From: Candidatus Heimdallarchaeota archaeon
Lineage (GTDB): Archaea > Asgardarchaeota > Heimdallarchaeia > Heimdallarchaeales > Heimdallarchaeaceae
NCBI GenBank assembly: GCA_018238545.1
Contig: JABCTC010000014.1
Coordinates: forward strand, 15,933 to 79,932
Direction: 5' to 3'
Length of the DNA: 64,000 bases
Shown piece by piece: positions 1 through 9,614 of the stretch (positions are counted from its first letter, which is position 1; each line of letters begins with the position of its first letter). A model generated the notes under the pieces. That model worked only from the letters and a program-made list of their open reading frames with translations. It ran no database searches and was not told the origin of the DNA. The translations under genes and the position numbers were made by a program.

Positions 1-388
1 TTTCTTCGGAAGGTAATGGGATTTTTTCTTGTTCAATTATTTCTTTAATCTCTTCCAAATTTTTATCAGAAACAATCTCTTCTACATCTTCTCCTGATAC
101 TGCTTTTGCTAAACCGATAGTAACCTCTTCAAGCTCTCTAGATCTTTTAACCTGTTCATGAACAATTTCTTCTTCTTCAACAACGCTTTCTTCAACAATT
201 TCATGAACAATTTCTTCTTCTTCAACAACGCTTTCTTCAACGGTTACCTCTTGTTCTTTCAGTTCATTTGCTTGAGCTGCTTCTTCTTTAGCTTTGGTCT
301 TTGCTAAATCATACAGATATTGGGCAAATCTAGATATATTCTTCTTGTCCCATTCAAGCATTTCATTCTCGTTTTCGTCGGAATTCAT
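1..388 (-). CDS. Partial acidic low-complexity protein (N-terminus only; runs off the window)
   Basis: Manually translated open frame from ATG at 388: MNSDENENEMLEWDKKNISRFAQYLYDLAK...EQEKIPLPSEE. Not in the ORF track because it is truncated. Confidence 0.75.
   Translation of the reverse strand, partial: MNSDENENEMLEWDKKNISRFAQYLYDLAKTKAKEEAAQANELKEQEVTVEESVVEEEEIVHEIVEESVVEEEEIVHEQVKRSRELEEVTIGLAKAVSGEDVEEIVSDKNLEEIKEIIEQEKIPLPSEE
155..241. repeat. Perfect 42-bp direct repeat x2 (period 45), in frame
   Basis: ttcatgaacaatttcttcttcttcaacaacgctttcttcaac at 155-196 and 200-241. Encodes VEESVVEEEEIVHE twice on the minus strand. Confidence 0.95.
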
Positions 389-586
389 AAGATAACCACT
401 TATCTAGAAATTCTAAATCCTTACTCTTACTTCTTTTCTTGTCTTATTAAATTTTCTTAAGCTTCTAAGATACAATTTTACAAAAATAAAAAACTTAATC
501 TATCTTAAATCTCTTTGCACATAGGAAAATAGACGCAAGAAGAAATAAACTAAACTTTAATAAGATATTTTAAGAATCATAGTCTG

Positions 587-1630
587 ATGAGTGATTCCCT
601 TAAACCATTATTAATTCGATTGGTAGATTCTTTCTCCTATTATCTGATAAATGAAGCAAGAATTAGCACTGGTAAAGAGGTTGTAAAGTCAAAAATCAAT
701 GATATTGCATATAGAAAAGCAAGTGGGAGATTTGGAGAAGTATATGTCATTGACGTGTTTTACAGTTCTGAGCATGGGGATCATAAGAGCAAATTAGCTA
801 TTAAATTCATTGATAATGTTGAAGATATAATTACAGAAATAAAAAATACTGCACTTCTAGAAAAGAAGTTTTCAACTCGGTCTATAGTTAGAATCCCACG
901 TTATATTTATGTAAATTTAAAAAAACCTACTTATATTGCCTATGAAGGAATGACAGGAATCAACTATGAGGACGCACATTCAGTTTCTGATAAGAGCTTC
1001 TGGGCAGGCTATATTCTATCAATTATACATGAAGGTAAGCCAAAGCCGGTGATTAAAGATATCTATGAAGAATTATACAGACGATTGATTTTATCCGTAT
1101 TTGGTGGTTCTGAAGAAGAACAAAGAATAATGGAAAAATCCAAAGTCTTGATTGAGATGGTTAAAGCTTCTCAAGGAGGTAGCGATTCTTTTGGTGATTA
1201 TCATCAAAGCAACCTTATGATTCGCGTTGCTCCAGAGGGTGAGACTGTGAGTATAGCATTAATTGATCCAACTTTCTGGATGCAAGGATCTTTTGATAGA
1301 TTTGAAGATATAGGGACATTCTTTGGAAGACAAGCATTTCTTGAATTTCGAGTTACAAAATTGCTAACGTCTGCGATAAGTGATATTCAACAATTTATTC
1401 AAGGTTATTCTGTTCACTTGAAAGAAATAAATGGTGTTCCTTTGGAGGAAATGTATACAAAAGGGTATCCCATAGATTTGTTTTTAGCAACATGGGCTAT
1501 GATGGATGTATTAGATAAAACTAATAGCTTCAACATAGCTGCTGATCATCCAGACATTATCTTGTTAAAAGAACTAGCACATTATCTGTTAACAGAACAA
1601 CCCATAGGAAATGAAGTAAACAATTTTTGA
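587..1630 (+). CDS. Protein-kinase-like fold (APH/choline kinase-type) atypical kinase
   Basis: Gly loop SGRFGEVY, beta3 LAIKF, helix-C Glu (ITEIK), catalytic loop FGDYHQSNL, Mg-binding LIDP, later RFEDIG. Confidence 0.7.
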   Translation: MSDSLKPLLIRLVDSFSYYLINEARISTGKEVVKSKINDIAYRKASGRFGEVYVIDVFYSSEHGDHKSKLAIKFIDNVEDIITEIKNTALLEKKFSTRSIVRIPRYIYVNLKKPTYIAYEGMTGINYEDAHSVSDKSFWAGYILSIIHEGKPKPVIKDIYEELYRRLILSVFGGSEEEQRIMEKSKVLIEMVKASQGGSDSFGDYHQSNLMIRVAPEGETVSIALIDPTFWMQGSFDRFEDIGTFFGRQAFLEFRVTKLLTSAISDIQQFIQGYSVHLKEINGVPLEEMYTKGYPIDLFLATWAMMDVLDKTNSFNIAADHPDIILLKELAHYLLTEQPIGNEVNNF

Positions 1631-1642
1631 TTCAATGAAGGG

Positions 1643-1657
1643 GAAAAAATTTATAGA
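1643..1657 (+). promoter_or_regulatory. Putative BRE + TATA box of the JAMM gene (leaderless)
   Basis: Purine run gaaaaaa followed by TTTATAGA (1650-1657), about 24 nt upstream of ATG 1682. Confidence 0.5.
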
Positions 1658-1681
1658 ACTAATACAATATAATTTTGAACA

Positions 1682-2524
1682 ATGACGGATTCTAATTCAG
1701 AAATAATGATATCAGCATATGCAATTGCTAAGATACTAGAGGTAGATGCTCTAGATACTTCAAAAGAATCTGCTGGTGTTCTCTTAGGTTATTTTGATGA
1801 AGAAACACAGAAGCTAATAATAACTGATTTTGATACTGGAAAACAAAGACAAACATCAACCTTTGTCGTTTTAGATGATGAAGCTCTTGTTCAGATTGTT
1901 ACAGATTTGCAGAAAAGAGATAAGAAAGAAACAATTGTTGGCTGGGCACATACGCATCCTTCATATGGTTGTTTCCTCTCTGGTACAGACAAGGGAACTC
2001 AAAGAATCTATCAAAATCTCTTCTCAAAAGCAGTAGCTTTAGTGATTGATCCTTCAAAATATTATCAGTCTCAAAAGAGTTCTGATTTAGAAATTCAGTT
2101 CTTTAGGTTAATAGATGATATAGATTACAAAGCAATACCTTATCATCTATATTTTGATGAACACACCATACACATTTCTAACTTAGCCAAGGTTGACCTC
2201 AAATGGGAATTGCCAAAACTAAGAAAAGAAGAGGTTCTACTTCTACATAAGAAGTTGGAAACGATTGTGACTCCGTCTTTAATTGAACAAGATAAGAAAT
2301 TACTTCATGGACTTGTTGATATACTCAGCGAATCTCATGAAATTCTTTCAGAAGTTGGCGAAGAGAAAGAAATTCTTGAAACTATTGATAAAAAACTACA
2401 CTCAATAAACGAGAATGTTACCCGAATTTACAATGAGGAAACAAATAACATCTATTCAATAATGAATGTAGTAGCTGTAATTGTATTAACTATATCTTGG
2501 TTTTTAATTGCTTACTTTGTGTAA
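1682..2524 (+). CDS. JAMM/MPN+ (Rpn11-like) metallo-isopeptidase with C-terminal helical region and tail membrane anchor
   Basis: ESAGVLLG ... IVGWAHTHPSYGCFLSGTD (intact E...HxH-x7-S-x2-D) and VALVIDP. Hydrophobic C-terminus IMNVVAVIVLTISWFLIAYFV. Confidence 0.88.
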   Translation: MTDSNSEIMISAYAIAKILEVDALDTSKESAGVLLGYFDEETQKLIITDFDTGKQRQTSTFVVLDDEALVQIVTDLQKRDKKETIVGWAHTHPSYGCFLSGTDKGTQRIYQNLFSKAVALVIDPSKYYQSQKSSDLEIQFFRLIDDIDYKAIPYHLYFDEHTIHISNLAKVDLKWELPKLRKEEVLLLHKKLETIVTPSLIEQDKKLLHGLVDILSESHEILSEVGEEKEILETIDKKLHSINENVTRIYNEETNNIYSIMNVVAVIVLTISWFLIAYFV

Positions 2525-2596
2525 TTTATTGAATATATTTCTAATCTTTCTTCAATTGATAGAAGGATTTTTCTAATCGAAATTTTAACTTGTTTC

Positions 2597-3412
2597 ATGC
2601 CTAACATTGAAATTATTGCAATTCCATCCCACAAAATAATTGAGGAGACTGATGATTTGTTTGATATATTAGTGGAATCAATGCAATCAAAATCAATAGT
2701 TTTTCAAGAAAATGATGTTTTAATTGTTGCTAGTAAAGTTGTTTCTGTAACTGAGGGAAGAGTGGTGAGTTTTGCTACAGTTTCTCCATCTCAGCTTGCA
2801 AAAAATCTTGCTGAACAAATGCATACTGCTGATGAATTCACTCAAATTATACTTAATGAGTGTGAAAATAATTATATTGGTGTTGTCCCAGGAGCTTTAA
2901 CTACCATTAACAAGTATGGCTTATTAGCAAATGCTGGTGCAGACCAATCCAATGTCAAAAAAAATGAAGTCATAGTTCTTCCTGTAAATAGCAAGAAATC
3001 GGCACGTAGTCTTAACTCAAAAATATTTGAGGCAACTCAACAAAAGGTTGGTGTAATAATTGCTGACTCCAGAACAATGCCAATGAGATTAGGCACTGTT
3101 GGCACTGCTTTGGCAACATATGGATTCAGATCAATAATTGATGAAAGAGGAAAGAGTGATCTATTTGGGCGACCAATGCACATTACTTCAAGGGCAATTG
3201 CAGACCAACTTGCTACAGCAGCTGAAATAGTAATGGGTGAAACAGATGAAAAAACACCTTTCGTAATTATCCGAAATTACCCCCTGATTCTTATATCTGA
3301 AGAAGATGAAAAGGACATAAATGAGTTGATCCCAGCTGATCTATGCATGTTTCTCGGACCACTCATGTCGTGCATTAAAGAGAAAATAGAAGGAGAAAAG
3401 TATAATGATTAA
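2597..3412 (+). CDS. cofE: CofE-family gamma-glutamyl ligase (F420-0:L-glutamate ligase or FolC2-like)
   Basis: DVLIVASKVVSVTEG, ANAGADQSN, GVIIADS, DLFGR, ADQLATAA..MGE motifs. Confidence 0.85.
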   Translation: MPNIEIIAIPSHKIIEETDDLFDILVESMQSKSIVFQENDVLIVASKVVSVTEGRVVSFATVSPSQLAKNLAEQMHTADEFTQIILNECENNYIGVVPGALTTINKYGLLANAGADQSNVKKNEVIVLPVNSKKSARSLNSKIFEATQQKVGVIIADSRTMPMRLGTVGTALATYGFRSIIDERGKSDLFGRPMHITSRAIADQLATAAEIVMGETDEKTPFVIIRNYPLILISEEDEKDINELIPADLCMFLGPLMSCIKEKIEGEKYND

Positions 3413-4256
3413 TGGATTTCTCGGAAATCTCCAAATTGGTGATAACTATCCAACTAGAATAATAGGGATTGTAAATTTATCAGAAACTTCATTTTTTAAA
3501 GGTTCAATAGCTTCTTCTCAAAATGAATTGCAAATCTCGATTGAGAAAATGATTGAAGATGGAGCAAGTGGAATCGATATAGGCGCTCAATCTACACGAC
3601 CAATTCAAATCTATGGCGGCAAAGGTCGACTCAATGAGAATCAAGAGCTAGAAATTATTAAAGAAGCAGTTAAAGCATCTCTAGATGTTCTGAGTAGTTA
3701 CGATAAAATAGTGCTATCAGTTGATACAACAAGAATATCTGTAGCAGAACATTCTCTTAAAGCAGGTGTTAAGGTAATAAACGATATTTCAGGTTTTAAG
3801 AAAGAGAAAGAAATAGCGAAATGCATTGCTGAATTTGATGCTAGTGTTGTTTTGATGGCAGCTAAATCTGAACCTGGTGACGTGTATGAAATTAACGATA
3901 TTTTACACGAGCTACGGACGAGTCTCTCCATTGGTGTTAGAGCTGGAATTGAAAAGCAAAATATGTTAGTGGATCCTGGAATTGGAAGCTGGGAAGCTCG
4001 AGATTTTAAGCATGATTATTCAATAATTAAGAATCTAAAAGAATTTCGGAAATTAGAATCGCCTATTTATGTTGGTATAAGTAGAAAAACGTCTATAGGG
4101 AAAATTCTTAATGATGCTCCACCTGAAGAACGGTTGTTTGGATCGTTAGGAGCTACTATTATAGCTATTGTAAATGGAGCTCATGTCATTAGAACTCATG
4201 ATGTCAGACCAACATTCGAAGCTGTTAAAGTTGCTGAGACAATCTTAAATTACTAA
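3405..4256 (+). CDS. folP: Dihydropteroate synthase
   Basis: GIVNLS.SF, DIGAQSTRP, SVDT, INDISG, VDPGIG, GISRK, IRTHDV. Overlaps the cofE stop by 8 bp. Confidence 0.93.
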   Translation: MINGFLGNLQIGDNYPTRIIGIVNLSETSFFKGSIASSQNELQISIEKMIEDGASGIDIGAQSTRPIQIYGGKGRLNENQELEIIKEAVKASLDVLSSYDKIVLSVDTTRISVAEHSLKAGVKVINDISGFKKEKEIAKCIAEFDASVVLMAAKSEPGDVYEINDILHELRTSLSIGVRAGIEKQNMLVDPGIGSWEARDFKHDYSIIKNLKEFRKLESPIYVGISRKTSIGKILNDAPPEERLFGSLGATIIAIVNGAHVIRTHDVRPTFEAVKVAETILNY

Positions 4257-4263
4257 GTTATCG

Positions 4264-5367
4264 TTAGATTGATGAATCATTGAAACTGTCTTTAAAGTAA
4301 ACACCCTCATCAAATTCAGCTAACCATGTTGGTAATTTTAATCTCGTTTTTATCCTTTGAAGAATATCTGCTCCATTTTCTTCTACCAGGAAAACGACAC
4401 ATCCTCCTAACCCGGCACCAGTTAATTTTCCTCCTAATGCTCCCTCTTCTATACCCGTTTTTACGATTCTATCCAGTATTGGTAGAGATACTTTAATACC
4501 ATCTCGGAGTGCATCTTGTTGTGAAGATAATAACTCTCCTAAATAATGGAGATCAGGTTTTATGCTCTGAAGTTCTCTTTCAGCAAGATCAGTATTTTCT
4601 CTAATTGATACTACTGCTCGAATGATACTAAATTCTTCATTCGAGAAATTTTTCTCATATTTTCCAATATCCTCTCTCTGGATGTTTTCTAGCTCTAAAT
4701 TTGTCATTTTTTTAATTTTTTGAACAACATTTTTTATTTTGGTAACTTTGGAACCATGCACATCACTTGTTAGTTTGGGTGTGTTGCTATTTACTATAAT
4801 GAGACCAGAATTAGGCTTATTTAAGTACTTAAGTTTAGGGGGATCTGTGCACGATAAACTGATAATTGATCCGTATGCGCTGGAATATTGATCCATTTTT
4901 CCACAAGGTATTTTCATTACATTATGTTCCGCATTATATGCTAATTCTGCTATTTCATCATTTTTCAAGTTTAACTCAAGAATTCCTGCAAGATGTGAGA
5001 TCCAACCAACCTGTAGTGCAGCAGAGCTAGAAAGACCACTTGCCACTGGTATGAGACTTTCAATTGTTGCACTAATCAAAGGTGTCTGTATGTCTTTGAA
5101 GTTTTGTTTAAGAGAAATAATCCCTGACTCCATGAATGATTTGAATGAATCGTTAGGGTTAGATAGTTTCTCAACTCTAGGAGAAACTCTAATAGATTTA
5201 TTCAAATTCTTGCTTGATATTGTTATATACTCTTTATTGATTTTCGCAGAAATTATGTTCAATCGGAGGTTAATTGCTGCAGGAATTACTTTTTGAAGCA
5301 AATAATCTTGATGTTCTCCGTATAAACATACTCTCGCTGGTGCGGATGATAGGTACACTATTATCAT
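4264..5367 (-). CDS. galK: Galactokinase (GHMP kinase)
   Basis: APARVCLYGEHQDY, PVASGLSSSAA, CGKMDQY, KLTGAGLGG. Confidence 0.82.
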   Translation of the reverse strand: MIIVYLSSAPARVCLYGEHQDYLLQKVIPAAINLRLNIISAKINKEYITISSKNLNKSIRVSPRVEKLSNPNDSFKSFMESGIISLKQNFKDIQTPLISATIESLIPVASGLSSSAALQVGWISHLAGILELNLKNDEIAELAYNAEHNVMKIPCGKMDQYSSAYGSIISLSCTDPPKLKYLNKPNSGLIIVNSNTPKLTSDVHGSKVTKIKNVVQKIKKMTNLELENIQREDIGKYEKNFSNEEFSIIRAVVSIRENTDLAERELQSIKPDLHYLGELLSSQQDALRDGIKVSLPILDRIVKTGIEEGALGGKLTGAGLGGCVVFLVEENGADILQRIKTRLKLPTWLAEFDEGVYFKDSFNDSSI

Positions 5368-5542
5368 CTTCCAATAATCCTCTGTCCTAATAATTCTTTC
5401 TTGAAAAATTAATTTGTGTGTAGGTCACCACTTGGATTTCTCGTTTCCGTTGTAACAAAGTATTTAAGGAAAAATTACTGTATAAAGCGTGGGAATAAAT
5501 TTCAAACAGCAGAGGTCATTTCCTTCAATTTGGTGTTAGAAT

Positions 5543-6784
5543 ATGAATTTATTAGAAAGAATATTCAAAATTTCACAATACCTTAAAGACGGAAACTATA
5601 ATGTTCAAGACCAAGAGTTTCAAAAAGACCCTTGGACAATGGAGTATTTACCTGAGTTATTTATTTCTTCTGAACAAGTTAACAGTCAGATTGCGCATTT
5701 AATTCAACATTTAACTGGTGGGAATGCCATGTGCTCAATTGTCGGTGGGCAAAAATCTGGTAAATCATATCTGATGAACATATTATATGATGGTCTGAGA
5801 GAAGATTTATGGAAATATACGAAGTATAGCAAAGTACATGTTTTGTTATTTAATCCTGATAATTTGAAGGAATGTTCTCGTACAAATTACTATATGGCAA
5901 TTGCGGATCAAGTGTTATCAAGGCATTTCACTTCATATGAAGAAGTGATTGTGGAGTTAAAGAGATATTTAGAAGGCAATAATGTTCTTCTAGTAGTTAT
6001 GCTAGACAACTTCCAAACTGACAATCTTTCTTCTATCATAAAAAATACCGCATTACTTCTAAAACCTCTGAAGAATCATTTCTCTTGTGTTTTATCAAAT
6101 CAAATCTACGAAGTTAAACTTTGTATTGAAAGTTTAGATAAAGGAGGAATGAAGCATTTCTCATATACAATTAGGATTCCTGAAGTTCTTTCACTAGAAG
6201 AAACTAAGTTATTGATTCAGAAACGCATATCATATGCTTTGAATCAAATTATTGTGAACGCAACTGACTTTTTCTCTGAAAGGGCAATAGAAGCTGCATG
6301 GATAGAATCTCAAGGAAAACCTTGGCAGTTAATCTCATTATTAGAAGATTCATATACTTATTCCAGGAATCAAGAATCAACAATTGTTTCCCATGATGAT
6401 GTGCTTACTGTAGCTAAACTATTTGATAGGTCAACAAATCAAGCGGGTGTTGAAGATCACGATACTTTTGCTATTCAACAAGCTTTGAACAATTTCCCCT
6501 ATCGAGAAAGACAAGTTTGCCAGTATCTTATGCAAAAGGATGCTAGCGCTAAAGAAATAACAATTTATCTATATGGCGAGCTTCCTTCTAATGAGTACAG
6601 GAGCAAATATATGGGAACTAAGAGTTTCTTAAAACGACTTAAAGATAAAAATGTAGTAGTGGTCAAAAAACAAACTGGGAGATCGTTGATATTTGGTTTA
6701 AACCCAAAGATGAAGGCTATGTTCTCTCAAGGAACTGATAAAAGAGATTCATCTTTAACAATAGAAAGTAAAATGGAAACTTAA
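5543..6784 (+). CDS. AAA+ ATPase with C-terminal winged helix (Orc1/Cdc6-like or archaeal ATPase-like), degenerate Walker B
   Basis: Walker A GGQKSGKS, Walker B VVMLDNF, sensor-II-like ESQGKPW, and C-terminal wHTH (ASAKEIT...FLKRLKDKNVV...GRSLIFGL). Confidence 0.7.
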   Translation: MNLLERIFKISQYLKDGNYNVQDQEFQKDPWTMEYLPELFISSEQVNSQIAHLIQHLTGGNAMCSIVGGQKSGKSYLMNILYDGLREDLWKYTKYSKVHVLLFNPDNLKECSRTNYYMAIADQVLSRHFTSYEEVIVELKRYLEGNNVLLVVMLDNFQTDNLSSIIKNTALLLKPLKNHFSCVLSNQIYEVKLCIESLDKGGMKHFSYTIRIPEVLSLEETKLLIQKRISYALNQIIVNATDFFSERAIEAAWIESQGKPWQLISLLEDSYTYSRNQESTIVSHDDVLTVAKLFDRSTNQAGVEDHDTFAIQQALNNFPYRERQVCQYLMQKDASAKEITIYLYGELPSNEYRSKYMGTKSFLKRLKDKNVVVVKKQTGRSLIFGLNPKMKAMFSQGTDKRDSSLTIESKMET

Positions 6785-6806
6785 AAAAGGAAAAAAGGGA
6801 GAAAAA

Positions 6807-7940
6807 CTATTTTTTGGCTATTAATTTGATTATTGTTATGATCTTGAAAATCACATATGCTAATAATAGATTTATTAACAGAAGGTTGGTGAATTCAGTA
6901 AATATTGGGAACCAAGTTGCTGATTCTAGATAGAAATAACCACCTTCAAAGAGATTCTGCAGAGGATAACTATAAGCGCATATTATTAGAAATGGAACAA
7001 GATTCAGTATAAAGAATGGTCCTTCAAAGTTATATCGTATTTTACCTGATGTTCCTTCAGCTCTTTGATAAGTGATAAAGGCCAAACCTATTCCAATTCC
7101 AAATCCTACTATTGGTAATATGTATAACCCATTCAGACCTGTAATAGCCATAAAACTACCATTTGGGACTTTCGAAAACATTTCGTTGAGAAATTGAGTG
7201 TTTGTTTCTCCAAAGATAGAAACTGCTGTAGCATAATCAAATATAGTATTTGATAAAACTATAAATGCAAGAGCTCCTATAATGCTTAATAATATTATAA
7301 TTTGACCAATGATCTCGAATTTCTTACCATTCAATTGTTTTGTAACGATTTTTCTTGAAATAATAATGAATATAATCATGAATATCAATGAAAAAACAGC
7401 TACAATAGTATCCCAAACTGGAACATTATTTATAAATTCTCCAAATGATATTCTTACTGAATTATTATGAAAATCAGTTTGAGCTTCTTGAAGAGATAAG
7501 AATATACTTACTCCCGATCCAATAAATCCTTGAAGACCGAAAACTATTCCTATTAATAGTAACCCAGTTCTTCCAGTCATCTCAATTGATGCAAAGAATC
7601 CTGCGAAGAAGGCTGTTACAATAAATATGATAAGAAGTGCAGCCAATCCTAATTCAACTGTTTCATATGGGTTGTAGAATGACAATACTGCCGCAGCACC
7701 TATAAGAATAGAAGCAACAACATTTTTTGCCATAGCACATGAAACAAAAATAATTGCCAAAGTGAAAGTTATTGTAATTGGAGTGATCCAGTTCCACAAA
7801 GTTTCTGCTTGTAGAATTCCCAACCATGGAAGAAGGAATTCAGTTACTGCAACCAAACCTGCTCCGAAAAACGTTGATAGTAAGGCTCTAAGCGAGAAAA
7901 ATTGTCCTAGATGAAAGTATTTTACGTTTGTCATATACAT
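6807..7940 (-). CDS. Polytopic membrane protein, unknown function
   Basis: About 10 hydrophobic segments. Confidence 0.75.
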   Translation of the reverse strand: MYMTNVKYFHLGQFFSLRALLSTFFGAGLVAVTEFLLPWLGILQAETLWNWITPITITFTLAIIFVSCAMAKNVVASILIGAAAVLSFYNPYETVELGLAALLIIFIVTAFFAGFFASIEMTGRTGLLLIGIVFGLQGFIGSGVSIFLSLQEAQTDFHNNSVRISFGEFINNVPVWDTIVAVFSLIFMIIFIIISRKIVTKQLNGKKFEIIGQIIILLSIIGALAFIVLSNTIFDYATAVSIFGETNTQFLNEMFSKVPNGSFMAITGLNGLYILPIVGFGIGIGLAFITYQRAEGTSGKIRYNFEGPFFILNLVPFLIICAYSYPLQNLFEGGYFYLESATWFPIFTEFTNLLLINLLLAYVIFKIITIIKLIAKK

Positions 7941-8027
7941 CGTACTCTCTGATATAATTTAACTAATATTATGGATATTAAGTCTTATGGGAAAAAAAAG
8001 CTTTTGGCTGTACCCAATCGAATACAG

Positions 8028-8402
8028 CTATTGAGGTTTCATTGAAATCATCGTACATCCAATGAACGTAATTAAACCAGATCCTGCTGCAATCATTATT
8101 GTCGCAATACTACTGATTGCGGGTTGAAGGGCTGCAAGATCATTTTGCCAAACAGCTAAGTATACTGTAAAAATTATCAGAGCTGCTATCATTAATCCTG
8201 TGAAAACAAGATATGCATTCTTTTCTTCAGATTTGAAGACTCTTGAAACTGATCCTAGCGAGAAACCACCTAATATTCCTATACCTAGATAAAACAAAAG
8301 CCACCAGAACTGTGTAGTTAATTCAACGATGGTAATCGTAACACCTGCGATTCCTATGGCAACTAATATTCCACCAATGAATGATATGGGTCTAGCACTC
8401 AT
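8028..8402 (-). CDS. Small 4-TM membrane protein
   Basis: Four hydrophobic helices; upstream GGAGA RBS-like motif. Confidence 0.75.
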   Translation of the reverse strand: MSARPISFIGGILVAIGIAGVTITIVELTTQFWWLLFYLGIGILGGFSLGSVSRVFKSEEKNAYLVFTGLMIAALIIFTVYLAVWQNDLAALQPAISSIATIMIAAGSGLITFIGCTMISMKPQ

Positions 8403-8516
8403 TAAATCATCTCCAGTATTTTATCTCCAAGTTTATTATATTAATATTTCTAAATCATTTGTGAATACAAATTTACTTTATTAGTTTCAAACCTTTCTTA
8501 ATAATAGAAAGAACAG

Positions 8517-9254
8517 CTATTCTTTAGACAAATCCTCGATAATTGTTCCATCATTCATTACAAGCTGTCTTTGAGCTAAAATTGCTTGGTCATTAGAGTG
8601 AGTAACATAAATTAGCGTTTTTTTATGTTCTTTGCTTAAGTCTATTAGAAGATCAAGGATTCTCTTACCTGTACTTGAATCAAGATTCCCTGTCGGTTCA
8701 TCCGCAAGTATTATCTCTGGATCATTTGCCAGAGCCCGTGCAATTGCAACTCGTTGTTGCTCTCCTCCGCTCAATTGGTCGGGTTTGTGATTTCTCCGTT
8801 CCAACAACCCTACAGCGCCAAGCAACTCTTCTACTCTTATTTTTCGCTCTTCTTTAGGTTTTTTTGATAGAATCAATGGAATTTCTATATTCTTTTCTGC
8901 GTTTAATTCTTCTAACAAATTGAAATTTTGAAAAACATATCCAATTGTTTCTCTTCGTACAAAGCTTAATTCCCTATCACTTAATTTGTTAAGCTCTTGA
9001 CCATCAACTGTAATGGTTCCTGAATCTAAGTAATCTAAAGCCCCAATTAGGTTTAGTAATGTTGTTTTGCCTGATCCCGAAGGACCAACTATGGATACTA
9101 TCTCACCTCTATGTATTGACACTGTAACGCTATCTAGCGCTTTGACCATCACTTCACCTAGAGAATACTTCTTCGAAACATCTATGATATTTATGAAGTT
9201 CTTTTTTGTTTTTCTCTTAGTTTTCCTTGCAGTGCTCGTAGATTCTTGAGACAT
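8517..9254 (-). CDS. ABC transporter ATP-binding protein (LolD/MacB type)
   Basis: [47 protein letters not shown]. Confidence 0.93.
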   Translation of the reverse strand: MSQESTSTARKTKRKTKKNFINIIDVSKKYSLGEVMVKALDSVTVSIHRGEIVSIVGPSGSGKTTLLNLIGALDYLDSGTITVDGQELNKLSDRELSFVRRETIGYVFQNFNLLEELNAEKNIEIPLILSKKPKEERKIRVEELLGAVGLLERRNHKPDQLSGGEQQRVAIARALANDPEIILADEPTGNLDSSTGKRILDLLIDLSKEHKKTLIYVTHSNDQAILAQRQLVMNDGTIIEDLSKE

Positions 9255-9276
9255 TATTTTCTACTCTCTCAAAATA

Positions 9277-9600
9277 TTATTTGTAGTTGTCGATTGTAGA
9301 AAACCTCTCTCTCATGGTTTCCATTTCTTTTATCCAAGCTTCTTCTAGGTTAATATCGTGAAGTATGCATAATTGCAAAAAGAGAGTGAAAACCTGCGCA
9401 AATTCTCTAGATAATCCTTGATTATCTGGTTTTTGGTGACCTTGTTCCTCAGTTTTATATCCTGAAGCAAAAATCAGATGTTTTCCTATCTCTCCTAGTT
9501 CTTCTACTAAATGAATGAAAACGTCGTTGGGGGAAAATTTTAACCAATTACGTTCTTCTAAAAAATTTTTCAAAGTGTTAATTATCTCATCTAATTCCAT
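9277..9600 (-). CDS. MazG-like nucleotide pyrophosphohydrolase
   Basis: ERNW...HLVEELGEI...EFAQV all-alpha NTP-PPase pattern. Confidence 0.75.
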   Translation of the reverse strand: MELDEIINTLKNFLEERNWLKFSPNDVFIHLVEELGEIGKHLIFASGYKTEEQGHQKPDNQGLSREFAQVFTLFLQLCILHDINLEEAWIKEMETMRERFSTIDNYK

Positions 9601-9614
9601 TAAACATCACGTTC

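Noticed and set aside
5444-5460. ORB-like sequence (reverse strand TTACAACGGAAAC) upstream of the Cdc6-like ATPase, suggesting a replication origin
   Set aside because: Single imperfect copy, no G-string, short intergenic region, and the ATPase is not clearly Orc1/Cdc6.
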